Source: Chlorokybus atmophyticus
Lineage: Eukaryota > Plantae > Mesostigma and Chlorokybus algae
Direction: 5' to 3'
Assembly (NCBI GenBank): GCA_009103225.1
Contig: RHPI01001037.1
Coordinates: forward strand, 186,001 to 250,000
DNA: 64,000 nt
This document shows, piece after piece, positions 11,342-24,133 of this stretch. The stretch's first letter is position 1, and every line of letters begins with the position of its first letter. The notes below the pieces were generated by a model. It saw only the letters and a list, made by a program, of their open reading frames with translations. It did not search any database and had not been told where the DNA came from. The position numbers and the translations under genes are program-made.

Positions 11342-13988
11342 CTACACATTTATAGCGACAATCACATCACGTTCGGCATAGCTCGCATCGTAGCATGATT
11401 GGCCAGCCGGTTGCTTTGACTTGTACACATATGCAGAGTAGTCGTAGAGGACCACGATTAGTGGAGAAAACGGATGGAAGAAAGTCTCTTGGACACACTC
11501 TGCAGCTCGAAGAACACCATTACTGATATCTGGATACTGCTTAACGGTGACGGTGAAAGCATAGGTGGAGGTAACATAGTTAAAATGCTGGGAGTAGACA
11601 ACGTCATCATTGTATTGGCTCCAAGTGTACAAAGCAGTCTGCGTGTGCTTTGGAGCACCTGCTCTGCCGTAATACTTCATGACAATTGTTGTAGCGTTTT
11701 GCATCTGCCAACCAGGAAACAAAGACATTGTGAGCTGCCATGGCTTTACGTCGCTGCAATATGCACTCGAATGTTAACTTACTATATCCAAAGCGCGCGC
11801 GTACAACGGGGGTCTGAAGGTCTTGTTTTGCTCATGCACGTTTCTGTATGCTTCAGTAAGCACAGTGTTAGTTACATTTCCACGAGAAGTCTGCCAAGCA
11901 GCGATCACATCAGGTGGCTGGTAAAACATTTTTCACATTCAGACTCTATGACGACATGAAGCACAAGACATACCACAGCAGTGCCGACAAACTTCGAGGT
12001 GGCCATGAACAGGCTCAAGGTCGTCAGAAACTCATCTGAAGGAGCTGTGCGTGTGTAGTTGAGCTCAAAGCCGAGTGTCGCTTCTGTGTGCAGCACCTTG
12101 CCAGTCGCATGTGACGAACCTCGATATAGCCAAAGATGCATTGGCATCGACCTGCATAGAGAAATGGCTTTGCTGCCGTTCAGAGAAATTACACCAGGTC
12201 TAACATGCATGCATGGTAAGCCATACACACCTTGTAACCTCCTTTGGCACCATTAGCAACAGCCGTTGTCTTTAAGTACTTCAGTTTACAGACAAAGGCG
12301 ATGCGATGCTTGTGGCCATCATTGAGCACGCTTACAAACGGCGTGATGTCAACTGCGAATGCTCACCACTGCGGCCGGCTGTTGAAGCTCACCCGGTCGC
12401 TTGCCAAATGTCACATCCGCAACCACACCATCCAACAGCACGTGAACAGCAAACGGCGCGTACGGGAATCCTGTTTGAGAGTAAATCAACCTCACCTGCC
12501 ATGGTACGATGCTGGTTTGGCTCTTTGTTGCACAACAATAGTGCACTCACTTGCAATACAGCTACGCAACTCAGCAAGAGAGCAGCATAGCAGTGTAGCA
12601 AGAAAGAAAAAGAGTTAGACATGTAATCATGGCGTGCATGCATCGCCCTTACCTCCAGCACTGCTCGTTTGATGTTGGTGGCTGTTTTGACAGCGACGGA
12701 CGGGGAGGGTGACAAGGTTGTAGTTGTGTTCTCAACGGGTATTCGTGGTAGCATCTGCGACCTTCATGCAGATACTGGCAGGACAATGCCAGCTGCATCC
12801 GGCTTGGGGTATGCTGCTGTTGTGGCGAAAAACTTTGCGGTCACAGCCACGTTGTAGGGGAAGTCGCAGATACATGTATCAACATCAGGAAACTCCACAA
12901 ACACCCGCAGCTCGCCTGACCGCCTCGGAAGAGTACTGCATAGTACGCTTCACCCCACAACACAAAGAGGTCATCAGCTTTGGCATAATCACACTGCCAG
13001 TCAAGGTGCCTACAGCACGTAGGTCTCATACTTCGCTTGTACAATGTCTCACCTGTGTGATGTCACCTGCGAAGTCAAACCAATGTTTCATCGGTTTGGC
13101 CTCTGGTTTGGCCAGGACGATTGCGACGCCGCGACGGAGAAAGCCAATGCTGTTCTTATGCCTTGTGGCAGGTGCGAGGTCCAGCACAGTAGATATATCC
13201 ACACCTGCGTGGCAATCTTGTTGAAGCTGCTGTTGTTCGAGGTCTCGTTACCACGTACTACCTCACCTCGAGGCCATACGCCAAGCGTGAAAGGCGTATC
13301 AGGTGGCTGGTATGGCGTGCATTTGGCCACGCATTTGTGCTGAACACGTGCAACAAGCTCGACGCGTGCCCACGTGTTGCAGGTAGGCGGAGAGTATGCA
13401 GACACGAACACCGGGGCTTCCTTCAGAACAGAATATCTCGCCAGAAGCACGGCACATGAAGGCGTCTGTGGCGCAGTCGACGGCGGGGGTCTTTGCAGGT
13501 ACCATGCCTGCCAGTCGTCGCCGCAATTGCATGATACACAAGAAAACTAACCGACACACTGACGAATGGTGTTGTGCAGTGCAAAGCGAAGGGACAAATT
13601 GAACATAGAGAGATTAATTTTCAGCACAGTAGACCTGCTTGATCAAGTGACTACACCGGATTGCACGGAACCGAACAGGGTGTTACCTTTGTAAATGTGG
13701 AAGCTGGATCCGGCAAAAGGTCGGTATTGAATGGAGTGGCCGCTGCCAACGCTAAGGACAGCAATGCCAGTATCAACACCACGTGTTGAGTGGGCTTTGC
13801 ATGGCGCCCTTCTCCGCCTTGACACTCGACCACACCACACCACACCACACCACACCACACCACACCACACCACACCACACCACATTACATCACACCACAC
13901 CTGCAGGAGCATGGAGCTCAGTGTTTATACCGCGTGTGCTAAGATGCTGATAGGGCGATAAAGCCCAGGAGACGCATAGACTGCTCAT
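11342..13988 (-). pseudogene. Peptide-N4-(N-acetyl-beta-glucosaminyl)asparagine amidase A (PNGase A)-like gene, apparently disrupted
   Basis: Ordered PNGase A-like segments: hydrophobic leader; PSCAVLL..APVFVSAYSPPTC..WARVEL; GDITQ; PYNVAVTAKFF; GIVLPVS; TNIKRAVLEV; VLLDG; VDITPFVSVLNDGHKH; VDAN/HLWL. In-frame TGA at 12764-12766, frame shift near 12350-12390, and a frame shift splitting VDAN from HLWL near 12140. Confidence 0.7.
13831..13900. repeat. (CACAC)n pentanucleotide microsatellite filling a predicted intron of the PNGase-like locus
   Basis: About 13 near-perfect CACAC units. On the minus strand the array starts at the CAG|GTGTGG donor. Confidence 0.9.
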
Positions 13989-14299
13989 GACTATGAACGG
14001 TTGGTGCAAAGCAGAACGTGGTCATCATACACGAAAGTGCAAGTGTACATACACGGAGACTCCATGGCAGACACTGATATGCCGTGGAGATACCTATCTT
14101 GCAGATTGAGTACTGAAGCACTTGTAGGTGGTATGATATGAAAGAGACTGTGGTTGCAGCGGTGCAACGGATAGTGGATACTTCTCAAAACGACAAGCAC
14201 GAGTTGAGCAGTACATCAAGCACACAGTACAAGCTTGACAGGACTTCACGCGTGCTTTGCTTCGTTGTGCGCTGTACGCTAGCAAACGTAGCAAGTGAC

Positions 14300-16053
14300 A
14301 CGAGGTCTTGTCAACAACCTCCGCCACACCAGTGTGTCACTTCCAGCGCGAGTAGCCTAGGAAGCGCCCTCGTCATGGCCAGCACACATCCGAGTGCTTT
14401 CTTCTGCTCTGTGATGTGCGTTCTGTCAGCAGTTTGCTGCCGCTTCAACTGCGCCCAACAACTCCTGCGGTGCATACAAATGGTAAGTGCTGGTGGTTGC
14501 TGTGCCAAAGTGCCTTCGCTGCAAAGCACCTGCAAGAATGCAACCAACACGCGATGCATATAACACCCGTTACCCCCTGAGGGCCGGAAGTGAGAGCAAG
14601 CCAATCGACCTTCATGCACATGTATGCGATACGCAATTGCCCAACGCCGGCGCAATCAGCAGGCACCGGCACAGCTTGCGACGTGCTCATCAACTCGTAG
14701 GTGGGTGTGTATTGACGGTTGTTGAGGGCAACTGTTCAACAGTTGTGCATGACATTACCGTCGCTGGGCTGTTTGCAGTACTTGCTTGCTGCATGCGCCA
14801 CAGAGTTTTTGGTTCAACCGAAACCTTCTTTGTATGAGGACGCGAGGTTGGTTAGCTGTTGGCTGGTGTGGAAGGAGCCGAGCCTGCATGGTTTGTGATT
14901 GGCAATGCTCTTGCATACTACACTGCCAGCTATTGTAGTAGAGGCAAGTGTTCTGCCTGGCATATACGGTGCGGCACCCAGTACCAACGATCAACATTGC
15001 ATGTTGGCAGGCACGGCTTGCCTGTACAGCACCGTGCCTCTGCCTGGCTGTACGCAAGCCACCATTGATTCTGTAATTTGCGTCCAGACCAAGCAAGGCA
15101 ACACCTTTGAAAGAAAGGCACGTTTAGCCGCACCTGCTCGCACTGTAGAGTTCAGAAGTAAGGCATCACACAGATGAATCAGCAGTGTAAGATTTACAAA
15201 CATTTTGAGATGATCAAGAGAGGGATGGGATAAAGCAGTTGCAAGCTGCAAGCACGAGTAGAAGGCCTACCACTTATGGCTGACGGTTGGACTACGTTTG
15301 CGACCATGCCATAAGTCTGCAGTGTGGGGCGCGTGCGCGCGTGTGTGCGTGCGCATGCATTCTCTAACCTCCAGCTTCAAGAACTGACGTACAAGGCCTA
15401 TTGGCACAGGCCACTGCGACTGCCAACACGCACATGTACAGACGATTTGAGCTGCCTCCGTCACTGTGTGCAACTCACAAGCGAGCTTGCTGGAAAGCGA
15501 TCAACACACTCTTTGTGAAAGCAAGGCTGCTGGTCGGTTGGCTGCTTGCTTACAAGCGTTTTCTGTTCTGTCTTGCGCTAGAGAAAGGCACGCATTCATT
15601 CAATCTCAAGCAAGCTTGCCGCTTGACAAATGCGCACATGCAAGTGCTGGCATTTTCAACTCACCTAGTAAGCGCTCGGACAGGTCATTCTAAAGCTCAA
15701 GTTTGCTGGCATTGTCGCGCTGCAAAGCCTGTGTCGTGCTGCAGGCGCAACAACCCAAGCGTGCACGTTGCCTGGCTCAAGCTGTGTGTGACGCAAGTCA
15801 TGCTTCCCAGCACACTTCGCCACCATGGCGCCCGCGTGCCTCACCCCGTGCGTTCAGCTGCTTCACTGCATGCAGTAGTAGCAGTCCTCATCACGGCCTG
15901 TACCGCCGTCCTAAGCACGTACCAGGGAACCCGCCTACAGATATTTGGGCTGCAGCGAGGACTGGACGAAGCGGCGGCGGCGGCGGCAGTTGGAGGAGGA
16001 GGAGGAAGAGTAGGCGGAGCAGCGGCGGAGGTTGTGGACTGCAGTGTCTTCAT
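14300..16053 (-). CDS. Probable multi-exon gene of unknown function
   Basis: ATG at 16053 (MKTLQSTTSAAAPPTLPPPPPTAAAAAASSS, transit-peptide-like). Short GT-AG bounded open segments follow (SQWPVPIGLVRQFLKLE; TYGMVANVVQPSAIS; VALLGLDANYRINGG). I could not assemble a consistent model; the 3' end is approximate. Confidence 0.3.
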
Positions 16054-16127
16054 CGGGTGCTGACAGGGCGGTTTTGTGCAATCTGCGAGGGCTGGTGCTG
16101 GGCTTCACTGCTGTGTAAGCAGTCAGG

Positions 16128-17992
16128 ATGCCGCAGCGCCATAGCAAGAACAACAACGACAGGGGGCAGTTCACCTATGAGGAGCGCAGGAAGCTGCGAT
16201 ACGGCACTCAGGTACGGCAGTAGTAAAGCTTGTCGTCAGCATGTGGGCAGGGGAAGCCAAGTTTGATATGTTGCTGATTTGCACTTGATGCCAGCTGCAT
16301 GCTTGGTGAAATGGTTATTTGTAATGAGAACGGCAGGGGTTCAGCTGGTGCGTACTGCAGTTTTGGGTAATGCTGCAATCCAACGTACTCTTTGAATTTG
16401 AACTGCTGTTGTCACAATGTTAATTTGTTGTTAATGTACCATTTCGCTGTCGTTACAACCATAGATTTGAAACTGAGCGCTCATGCTTTCAGCTCAATAA
16501 ATATATATATGTGTTGCTGATTTGCACTGGGTGCCAGCTGCATGCTTGGTGCAATGGTTATTTGTAATGAGAACGGCAGGGGTTCAGCTGGTGCGTACTA
16601 CAGTTTTGGGTAATGCTGCAATCCAACGTACTCTTTGAACTGTTGTTGTCACAATGTTAGTTTGTTTATGTACCATTTCGCTGTCGTTACAACAACAGAT
16701 TTGTAACTGAGCGCTCATGCTTGCAACTCAATGAACGCACGTTGTTTCTTTAGGTTAGACCATGTATATGTCACCAGTTCCGCTACCACCAAAGCTTTTG
16801 TGACGCAGGCAGAGCGCCTTGGCAAGGACTCCATCAAAGCATTTGATGCATGCTGCTTGTGTTTGCATACGGCTTCCGACCCCCTGGCGTGCCAGAGCGG
16901 ACACCTGTTCTGCAAGGAGTGCATTTACGAGTGCCTCCTGCAGCAGAAAAAAGATATTAAAAGGTGACAACGATGCCTGACTCCTTGTGGCATGTGTGGT
17001 GGCTACTACCACGAGTAGTGGCTACTATCAAATCTCGCATTGTATTGTTTGCACGTCATCGGCATGGTTTGGAGTACTCGACATACATACACACAGCAGT
17101 GGCTTTGCAGGCAGCAGGAAGCATACTCTCAGCAGTTGCTGGCTGATGAGGCAGAGGCAGCCGCACGCGCGAATGCACACAGAGAGAAGGAGCTTGAGCT
17201 GTTTGAGCGATCAAACAACAGTGCCGCTCCTCTCGACTACAGCCACACTATGTACACAACGTGTACTCTGCAGCTTTTCAGCATTGCGTATGCGCTTGCT
17301 GTTGCATGCTGTCTGACCTTTGGTTATTGTCCACATACAGCAGGGAGAATATCAGCAATGAAGCTGAGCAGAGGACGACGCATGGAGCGTCGAGCGTCAA
17401 GACCACGCAGTTTGAGGAGGAGGCTTTGAGAGGCATGAAAGCTTTCTGGCTGCCTTCAATGACTCCTGAAGCCAACGGACGAGCGGAACCGCCATCATCG
17501 GACACAATCTGCCCAGAAGGCAGAGAAAGACTGCGCCTAAAGCAGCTGTTTCCTATCCACTTTACAGAGGTAAAGCAGAGCACATGCTTGTTGACAAAGT
17601 GTTGTGCGCTAAGGCATGCTGTCATGCGTAGCATTGTGATACATGTGATTGGTGGGCAGGTTCCCGAGCACGCCAGGTCCCAACAGGGCCGCCAGGACGA
17701 CATCTTTATGTGTCCTTCCTGTAAAGACACCCTGACCAACACGACGAAGCTCGTGACGGTTTCCCTCTGCGGGCACGTGCTGTGCAGCGAGTGTGCGAAG
17801 CGGTTCATCATTCCAGATAAGGTTTGCTTCGTCTGCAGCAAGAAGTGCAAGGAGAAGGACCTGGTGGAGCTGCAAAAGGGAGGCACCGGGTTCGCCGCGC
17901 ACGGAGAGGATCTCACAGCCAAGACCTTTAAGCACGTTGGTGGCAGCTCAATAGCCAACGTTGATAAGCCAGGCAAAGCGATACCTAAATAG
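16128..17992 (+). CDS. NOSIP: Nitric oxide synthase-interacting protein / CSU1-like RING E3 ligase
   Basis: Exon 1 (16128-16211) MPQRHSKNNNDRGQFTYEERRKLRYGTQ joins exon 2 (16809-16963) AERLGKDSIKAFDACCLCL. Also AFWLPSMTP, C-terminal RING CPSC...CGHVLCSECAKRF...CFVC, and LQKGGTGFAAHG; TAG at 17990-17992. Confidence 0.96.
16269..16732. repeat. Tandem duplication of about 230 bp inside NOSIP intron 1
   Basis: Copies at about 16269-16498 and 16512-16732 align along their length with scattered substitutions and small indels. Confidence 0.93.
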
Positions 17993-18544
17993 GTTATGTT
18001 GTCTCCAAGAGGGACAGTTGAACTGTGCGTTATCTGGGGTTGCAATGTCATGTGCGCTGCAGCAGTTTGGCATACTGGCACTCTTTGGGCTGCAACTGTC
18101 ATGGCCAAGCCCAAAACGCATGTGCGCAACAATGATGGTCATCACGGCATTTGATGCAGACGCATGCACTGAGCACGCATGCATGCTTACTCCACAGGCT
18201 TCCTGCTCACCAAGCACAGTGTAGCCGGCACAGCCACGCAGAGCTGCGGGGGGGGACAACCTATGCAACACATTGGCATGCAGTTATGTCCCACCTCGCT
18301 GCGCGAGGTGGGACATGAGCAGTTCAGCAGCAGTTTAGTAACGCACAGAACATGAACGGGTAGGGTACAGAGGTTGCACAGTGGTTGGGGTACAGAGGTT
18401 GCACAGCAGGTGGCCGCAGATCAGGTGCGGTGCATGCGAGCCTGCTGCTTTTCTACAGTGCAAGCGCTTGCGAAGCGCCTGCCAGTCTCCAACACTGGCA
18501 TGCTGCTTGCATTTGCGTAGTGAGCAGAGGTGCACGGCTCGGTC

Positions 18545-20395
18545 ATGATGATGGCGGCGGCGACCACCTCCTCCTCTGCCGCCGCCGCCCTCGACGCCAG
18601 CGTGCGGCCAAGCGGCCCCTGGCCTACATCTCGCAAGCGGCGCCACCGCTCAACTGCAGCCCTCGGACCAGCAGAAGGAGGCGCAGCAGCAGGAGGCGGT
18701 GGAGGAGGAGGTGGGGTGGGAGGCGATCTGAGGCTGTTCCGCCAGGCGCTCAGTGCAGAGTTGGCAGGCCTGAATGGCTTGCAGGCGCTGCCGCTCCCAC
18801 AGGAGCTGGCTTACAGGGCCAAAGGTGAGGGGGAGCTGCTTTGAACTTGAGGCGCACGTCTTGCATCCTTGTCGCAGCACTTCAGTATGCTTGCTTCTTG
18901 TGTGTTGGTTGTGCTTGCGGGGTGAACAGCTGGTGAGAAGACCAGCAACTAGGCTCAGTCTTGTTTCAATGTCTGCGCCGTATTGCAAGCTCATACCATC
19001 AAGGCGTACACTAGCAAATGCAGGCAAGCACTGCTGCACACGAAGTCTGGCATGGCTTTGAGTTGAGTCACAGCAATTGGTTGTGCGCATGCCGCCTTGC
19101 ACGTCCATAGTTGTGAACACTTGTGATTTGCAAGCATGCGTGCTGTGTGGTTTCCATAATGGACATGTAGTGCATGCGTGTTCTTGTGTAATAATTGGGC
19201 GGTGCTGAAACTGTTGTCATCCTGTTGCCATAGCCTCCAATTCAAGGCGAATGGCGGTGCAGACAGAGCTCTTGGAGTCCGCTCGTTTGCAGAAGGTATG
19301 CTTTGTTGCAGCTGCTTCTTTGCTTGGCGTTTAGTACTCCATCTATCCAAAGGAACGTGACACTTCCATCACCATAAACAGGCGTGGTATGTTCACGCCA
19401 ATGCTCTGCCTGCTGGTCAATACTTTGGGGGGCGGCTGATACCTCGCGCGCACTATGACGTGCCGCCACTCGCCTTTGACATGTGGGTCTTTGGTAAGGT
19501 GTATGCATTGCACCTTCTTGTCATTGCGTGACCGATTGGATTGTTCTCATGCGCAGGGCCCCATAGGTGGCTGGTCTCGCTGGATTTCATACCCCTGTTC
19601 AGACACCTCTCTTATCGCGAACGCTACATGGCTCCCCTCATGAGCATCAAACGCAGGTATGGACATTGTCACCTCCTATCACAGCGACCTGAACCCAAAG
19701 TGTCACATGTCACATGGTTGACACATTGGCATGACACTCTATGATGCAGTTATGCGGATGCGTGCATGACATTTGAAGAGGAGTTCTTCGCGTCGCAGCG
19801 GTACATGTCTGAGGGAGCGATGGTGATGACGGCATTGTGGCCGCATGCGTCTTTTGTAGTTTCCGACACCCTTTCGAAAGCATACCCCGCACTCCGGGCA
19901 CACAAGGACGACAAGAGCGCCCATCAACACCGATTGCATGCGCGCGCCCTCCCTGCCTTCCAACAGACCATACGACTGTACTTTGGTGGGTGGCACGTTG
20001 CATCATCTCAGCAAGGCATTCAAATAGTACATACAGCTTTCCACACGCATAGTTGCATAGAAAGATGACCATGGTTTGCTCTGTACTAGAACAACAGCTC
20101 GCAAACCATACCAGGCACATTTACTCGACCATGCCCAATAAGCTGGTGGTGCTCATTTTGTCACTGTCAACCCAACCATTTGATGGCTTCTTTTTGTGCA
20201 GATCTGTTGGCGAGCGCGCAGCCTGTGACAGAGTATGAGGGGCAGCGTGTGAGCGCAGAGCAGCAGCTGTATGTGCGCTCACTGTGTGCACGGCCTGAGC
20301 CCTCTGAAGGCTTGCTGGCCTCCGTCTTCGGGGAGGACTGGGCACATGCGCTTGCCGATGCGCTGCTGCAGAATGGGGTTGGGGTTCCATCATAG
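18545..20395 (+). CDS. Ferredoxin-dependent bilin reductase family protein (HY2/PebB/PUBS-like), with plastid-type N-terminus
   Basis: Spliced core ...ESARLQK|AWYVHANALPAGQYFGGRLIPRAHYDVPPLAFDMWVF|GPHRWLVSLDFIPLFRHLSYRERYMAPL and C-terminus AFQQTIRLYF|DLLASAQPV...QQLYVR...EPSEGLLASVFGEDWA. These match FDBR motifs (PxxxYDxP, LDxxP, AxPV, FGxxW). TAG at 20393-20395. Confidence 0.82.
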
Positions 20396-20522
20396 GTGCT
20401 TGGCGTGTGTTGCTGCCAAGTGTGTAGTATTGCATTGCGAGGTTGTCGTCAGTGTAGCAAGGCATGTGCAACAGAAAAAAAACATCAATCAAGAAGTCCA
20501 ATGATTCGCTCATTCACCTATG

Positions 20523-23319
20523 CTAGTCTAAGTCAAACACAGATGCTGCTGTCAATCGAGGCTTGACTAGTTGGGTTTTCTTTTCCTTCTCCTCCCTCTG
20601 TGGCTCCTGCCTCTCAAGTACAATCACCGGCTGCTGCTCTGATGTATTGCGCTCAGCAGACTGAAGCGCTATAGAAGGAGACCACGCTTCAGGGCAAGAA
20701 CTGCTCTTGCACGTCCCAGATGGTTTCTCTGGCTCCGGCTCTGGCTCCAGCCCTATGCTGTTTGCCTGTGGCATGGTCTTGGCATTGGCTTCCTCGCTGC
20801 CACTTTCACTAACAACGCTGGCTGCCCCGCTTGCTTCCAGCACCGCCTGGGAGCAGTCATCGTTGTGCTCAACTGTATCTGTAATGCTGGCTAGTAGCTC
20901 ATGTCGGCTTCCCACGGCATGGCTGTTGACGTCCTTGTGCTCTCCTTCAAGCGCGCACTTTTCCTCCTGCTGTGCAACCACAGTAGCAGGTGGCTGTTCT
21001 TCCTGGCAAACATTGCTCGCGCCGATTCCTTCAGCTTCCTCTCTGCTCTGTGCCGGCTCCTCAAACGCCTGCATGCAAGTGGCAAGTGATGTAGTATGTA
21101 ATGCAAGCCAACTAATTACACAACATGTGATGTTGGTCTCAGTTCACTGTGCCTAGACTGTGCACCTTTGGTGGAGGTGGCGTGGGTTTCGTGACAGGTA
21201 GAGTGACGGTCATCACTCTCTTGCTCTTGTCAAACTTTGCATGGCCTCTTGCATCATCCACTTGGTAGGGCAGGTCTATCTGTATGCACACATGGGCACA
21301 ACGTTCAACAAGGATTAAGGTAACCTTGCAACATTGTTGCAAGAAGATTTACCCGAGCTGTAGCGTAGCCAGGAGCACGGATATCAACGCTGTGTGGCGC
21401 CACGTTAAGGTCGACCCCGGCAGCAGAGGTCAGCTTTGCGAGAGTTATTTTTAATAGCAGCGTTGTTGGCCTCGTGGACGCCACTGACCCGGAGTTAGCC
21501 TCGGCAGTTTTGTCCATCCTGCACGCTGCCGTCAATTCAGCATCGCGCATCATTACACAGGCATACGCAACTGCATACGCAGTGAGTTTTGCAAAGAATA
21601 CACACCAATGGTCTTTTAAGGTTGTGTTCTCCACAACATGCGTGATAGTATACTCAGGTGCCGGCAACATTGGCCTTGCAGCATTATCCTCCATGACCAC
21701 TATTCTGTCTCTCATACATGCTTCATTGTCTTGTTTCTGCTCCACCGATGCAGCAACTGGCGTTGTTATTGCTGGCTTTGTTGATGGGAATGCAAAAGGA
21801 CTGCCCTGCTGTGCACTGGAGCCTGAACAAAGGTTGTTTGTATAAGCAAAAACATGTGATTGAGCAACTGCCTTGAGCATTGCGTGAACACACTATGAAT
21901 ACATACTTTTAGGCTCTGCTGCCTTCTTGATTGCTTGCACGCTGGGGGCACCACCAGGCCCCTTGTACTTGATCCTTGGGAAGCTCAAGTCTGAAGGACC
22001 AACAACCATGAGAGAAACACCATCACAACCAGCACTGCATGCAGGTGATCTACCCCACATACCGGTTGTAAGAGTGATGCCCCGGTGGTCCCTTACGGCA
22101 TCCATGGCTGTGCGTGCAACAAGCTCCTTGAATCTCTTATCGCTACTCGCTTTCTCCACAACATGCGGGTTGACGATGAAGTCCACAGCTACACAGGCGT
22201 TTCCATCCTTGTCCATGTCATCTCGGGGATTTGATAGCGTGAAGGGGATGCGCCAGTCGGACCCGCCCGACAGCGATTTTACAACCTTCTTGCAGGTAGC
22301 TTCCTCCACTTTGTCGCTGCTGCACACGTTTATGAACACCTTCATGTTGATCTTTCTGCCTTTGTTGTTGGGTGCACCCTTCGTGCGGGTTTTGACCACA
22401 AATGCAGCCTCTGGCACAATAAGTGTTGTGTCGGGCCCGCTACCGGGATGCACGCGGCCTTCATTCTCCATCTGGCGCAGATAGGTCTCATTCTCCTGCA
22501 GACGAGTTGTGTGTCACGCAGCTAACAACAAATGTGCAGTGAGGTGATATGCTGTGGCAACTTCAGTTGCCACAGCATATTAGTTGCAGTAGGTGTTAAT
22601 TTTGCTCACCTCCCTATGTTTGGGGTCCTGGATCTCTTTGGCGTAGTCGGAGAAGAGCTTCATGAACTCTGGGTCTCTGAAAGCCTTCTCGAACCTGCTC
22701 AGCTCCTGATTGCGCAGTCCGCAGGCTGATTAGTTACGTGTTCTGTTGTTATGACGTGCACAACCATATGCAGTGACATGAATTTAGCACGCAGGTTCCC
22801 TTGTTCATGTATGACGACATATGAGAACTGAGGGTGTGCTTTGATGGCTGCACTGTTGCCGTTGCAGTTCGTGTCAAGGACTATTGTCATGATAGCGAGA
22901 ACGTAACGAAACATTACAACACTGACAATACAAGTGTCCACAACTTGCACCTGGCAATATCAGCAATTCACCATAGTCACAATGGTGGTAAAGCTATGTC
23001 GCTTGTCACGCAAAGTAGCACTGAAATGCACCCTGCGTATGCGCATGCAGTACGGTGTAGTCCCGACTTTGAACAACACCATGTGCAAAACAAGGGGCGG
23101 AGTGTTCAATGCACCCTCGTAAGGCATGTGTACTTGCATGTAATTGTGCGCTGGGTTTCCACTGACCAACAGCAGCCGCCTACTGCTCGCAGTGTCTGTG
23201 CAGCAGACTCGGTTACTTTGACTGACACGAATAAGCATAATCCATACCTCGGTGGACATGTTGAGCTCCTTCATCTTCTCCGCCGCCTTGTCCGCCACCT
23301 CCTCCGCCGCCGCCGCCAT
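20523..23319 (-). CDS. DNAAF2: Dynein axonemal assembly factor 2 (Kintoun/PF13), PIH1 plus CS domains
   Basis: ELSRFEKAFRDPEFMKLFSDYAKEIQDPKHRE|ENETYLRQME, KVFINVC, WRIPFTL, AKFDKSKRVMTVTLPV, then an acidic low-complexity tail ending SVFDLD. Confidence 0.92.
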
Positions 23320-24133
23320 GTTGTTGCCCGCCAGGCGATATCCGCGCCGACAGTTAGCAGCAGCGCTGCGCTTGTCGCTTGCATTTCCGGCCACGTGAGC
23401 AAAGACGTCGATGTCAGCAGTAAGGGACCGATATCGTCAAGAACGGTGATAACGACCTCTAGGAGAGTTGGCTGGTGCAAAACTTTGCGAAAAGAACGCC
23501 GTCATCAACAAAAGAAAAAATGACGGCGTTCCTTGCCAGCCAAGTAGCCTGTCGCAAAGTGATCATATTGTCTTGCACTAAGAGTTTTCCCCTCCATGCA
23601 CTTCGGACCAGCCTCCCGCCAGCACAGCACAGCCAGTAGTACTTCGCGCAGTGCATGGTTGTGCAAAAGAAGCGCGAGGATGTTGCAAGCATGCATTTCC
23701 GCGCCATGCATCACATGCAGCAAGCATTACGCACCTCAATGCTGCACATATGTATCATGGTTGACTGTTGTTGGTGACTTCAGCATTGTGGTTGGTTGGT
23801 TGGTTGGTTGGCTGTGTAGCGTGGCTGATTACTGTTGGTGGTCACTCAGACCGAGTGACTCGAAATTGTCTGTAAGTCACCAATGGTGACTCACCGTCGT
23901 TTCTACACGCGCACCACCTGTCTCAGTAACTTTACGCATGATTTACACAGTGATATGCTGATGTATACGCCCACCGCAATGTGCATCGCCCTGCTCATTG
24001 TAGCTTCACAACATGCCAACTCGCAAGCATTGACGAGGATAACATTACAATGATTTGGACAACATATCCAGGCGAAAGCAGTCCTCACGCATACAGTTTA
24101 GGTCCATAGTCTGTAGTACAAGCGGGCTATATG

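Noticed and set aside
12764-12766. Selenocysteine or alternative genetic code at the in-frame TGA
   Set aside because: TGA terminates other genes here (ANT, MUTYH, CDC26), no SECIS was recognised, and the same locus has independent frameshifts.
16140-16242. Minus-strand signal-peptide gene starting at 16242
   Set aside because: It overlaps the conserved NOSIP exon 1 on the plus strand, which explains the sequence better.
19306-19440. Apparent frameshift or broken splice acceptor in the bilin reductase gene
   Set aside because: Recounting the G run (six G, confirmed by the reverse-strand ORF track) shows the canonical AAG|gt...ag|GCG join is in frame with GGRLIPRAHYD.
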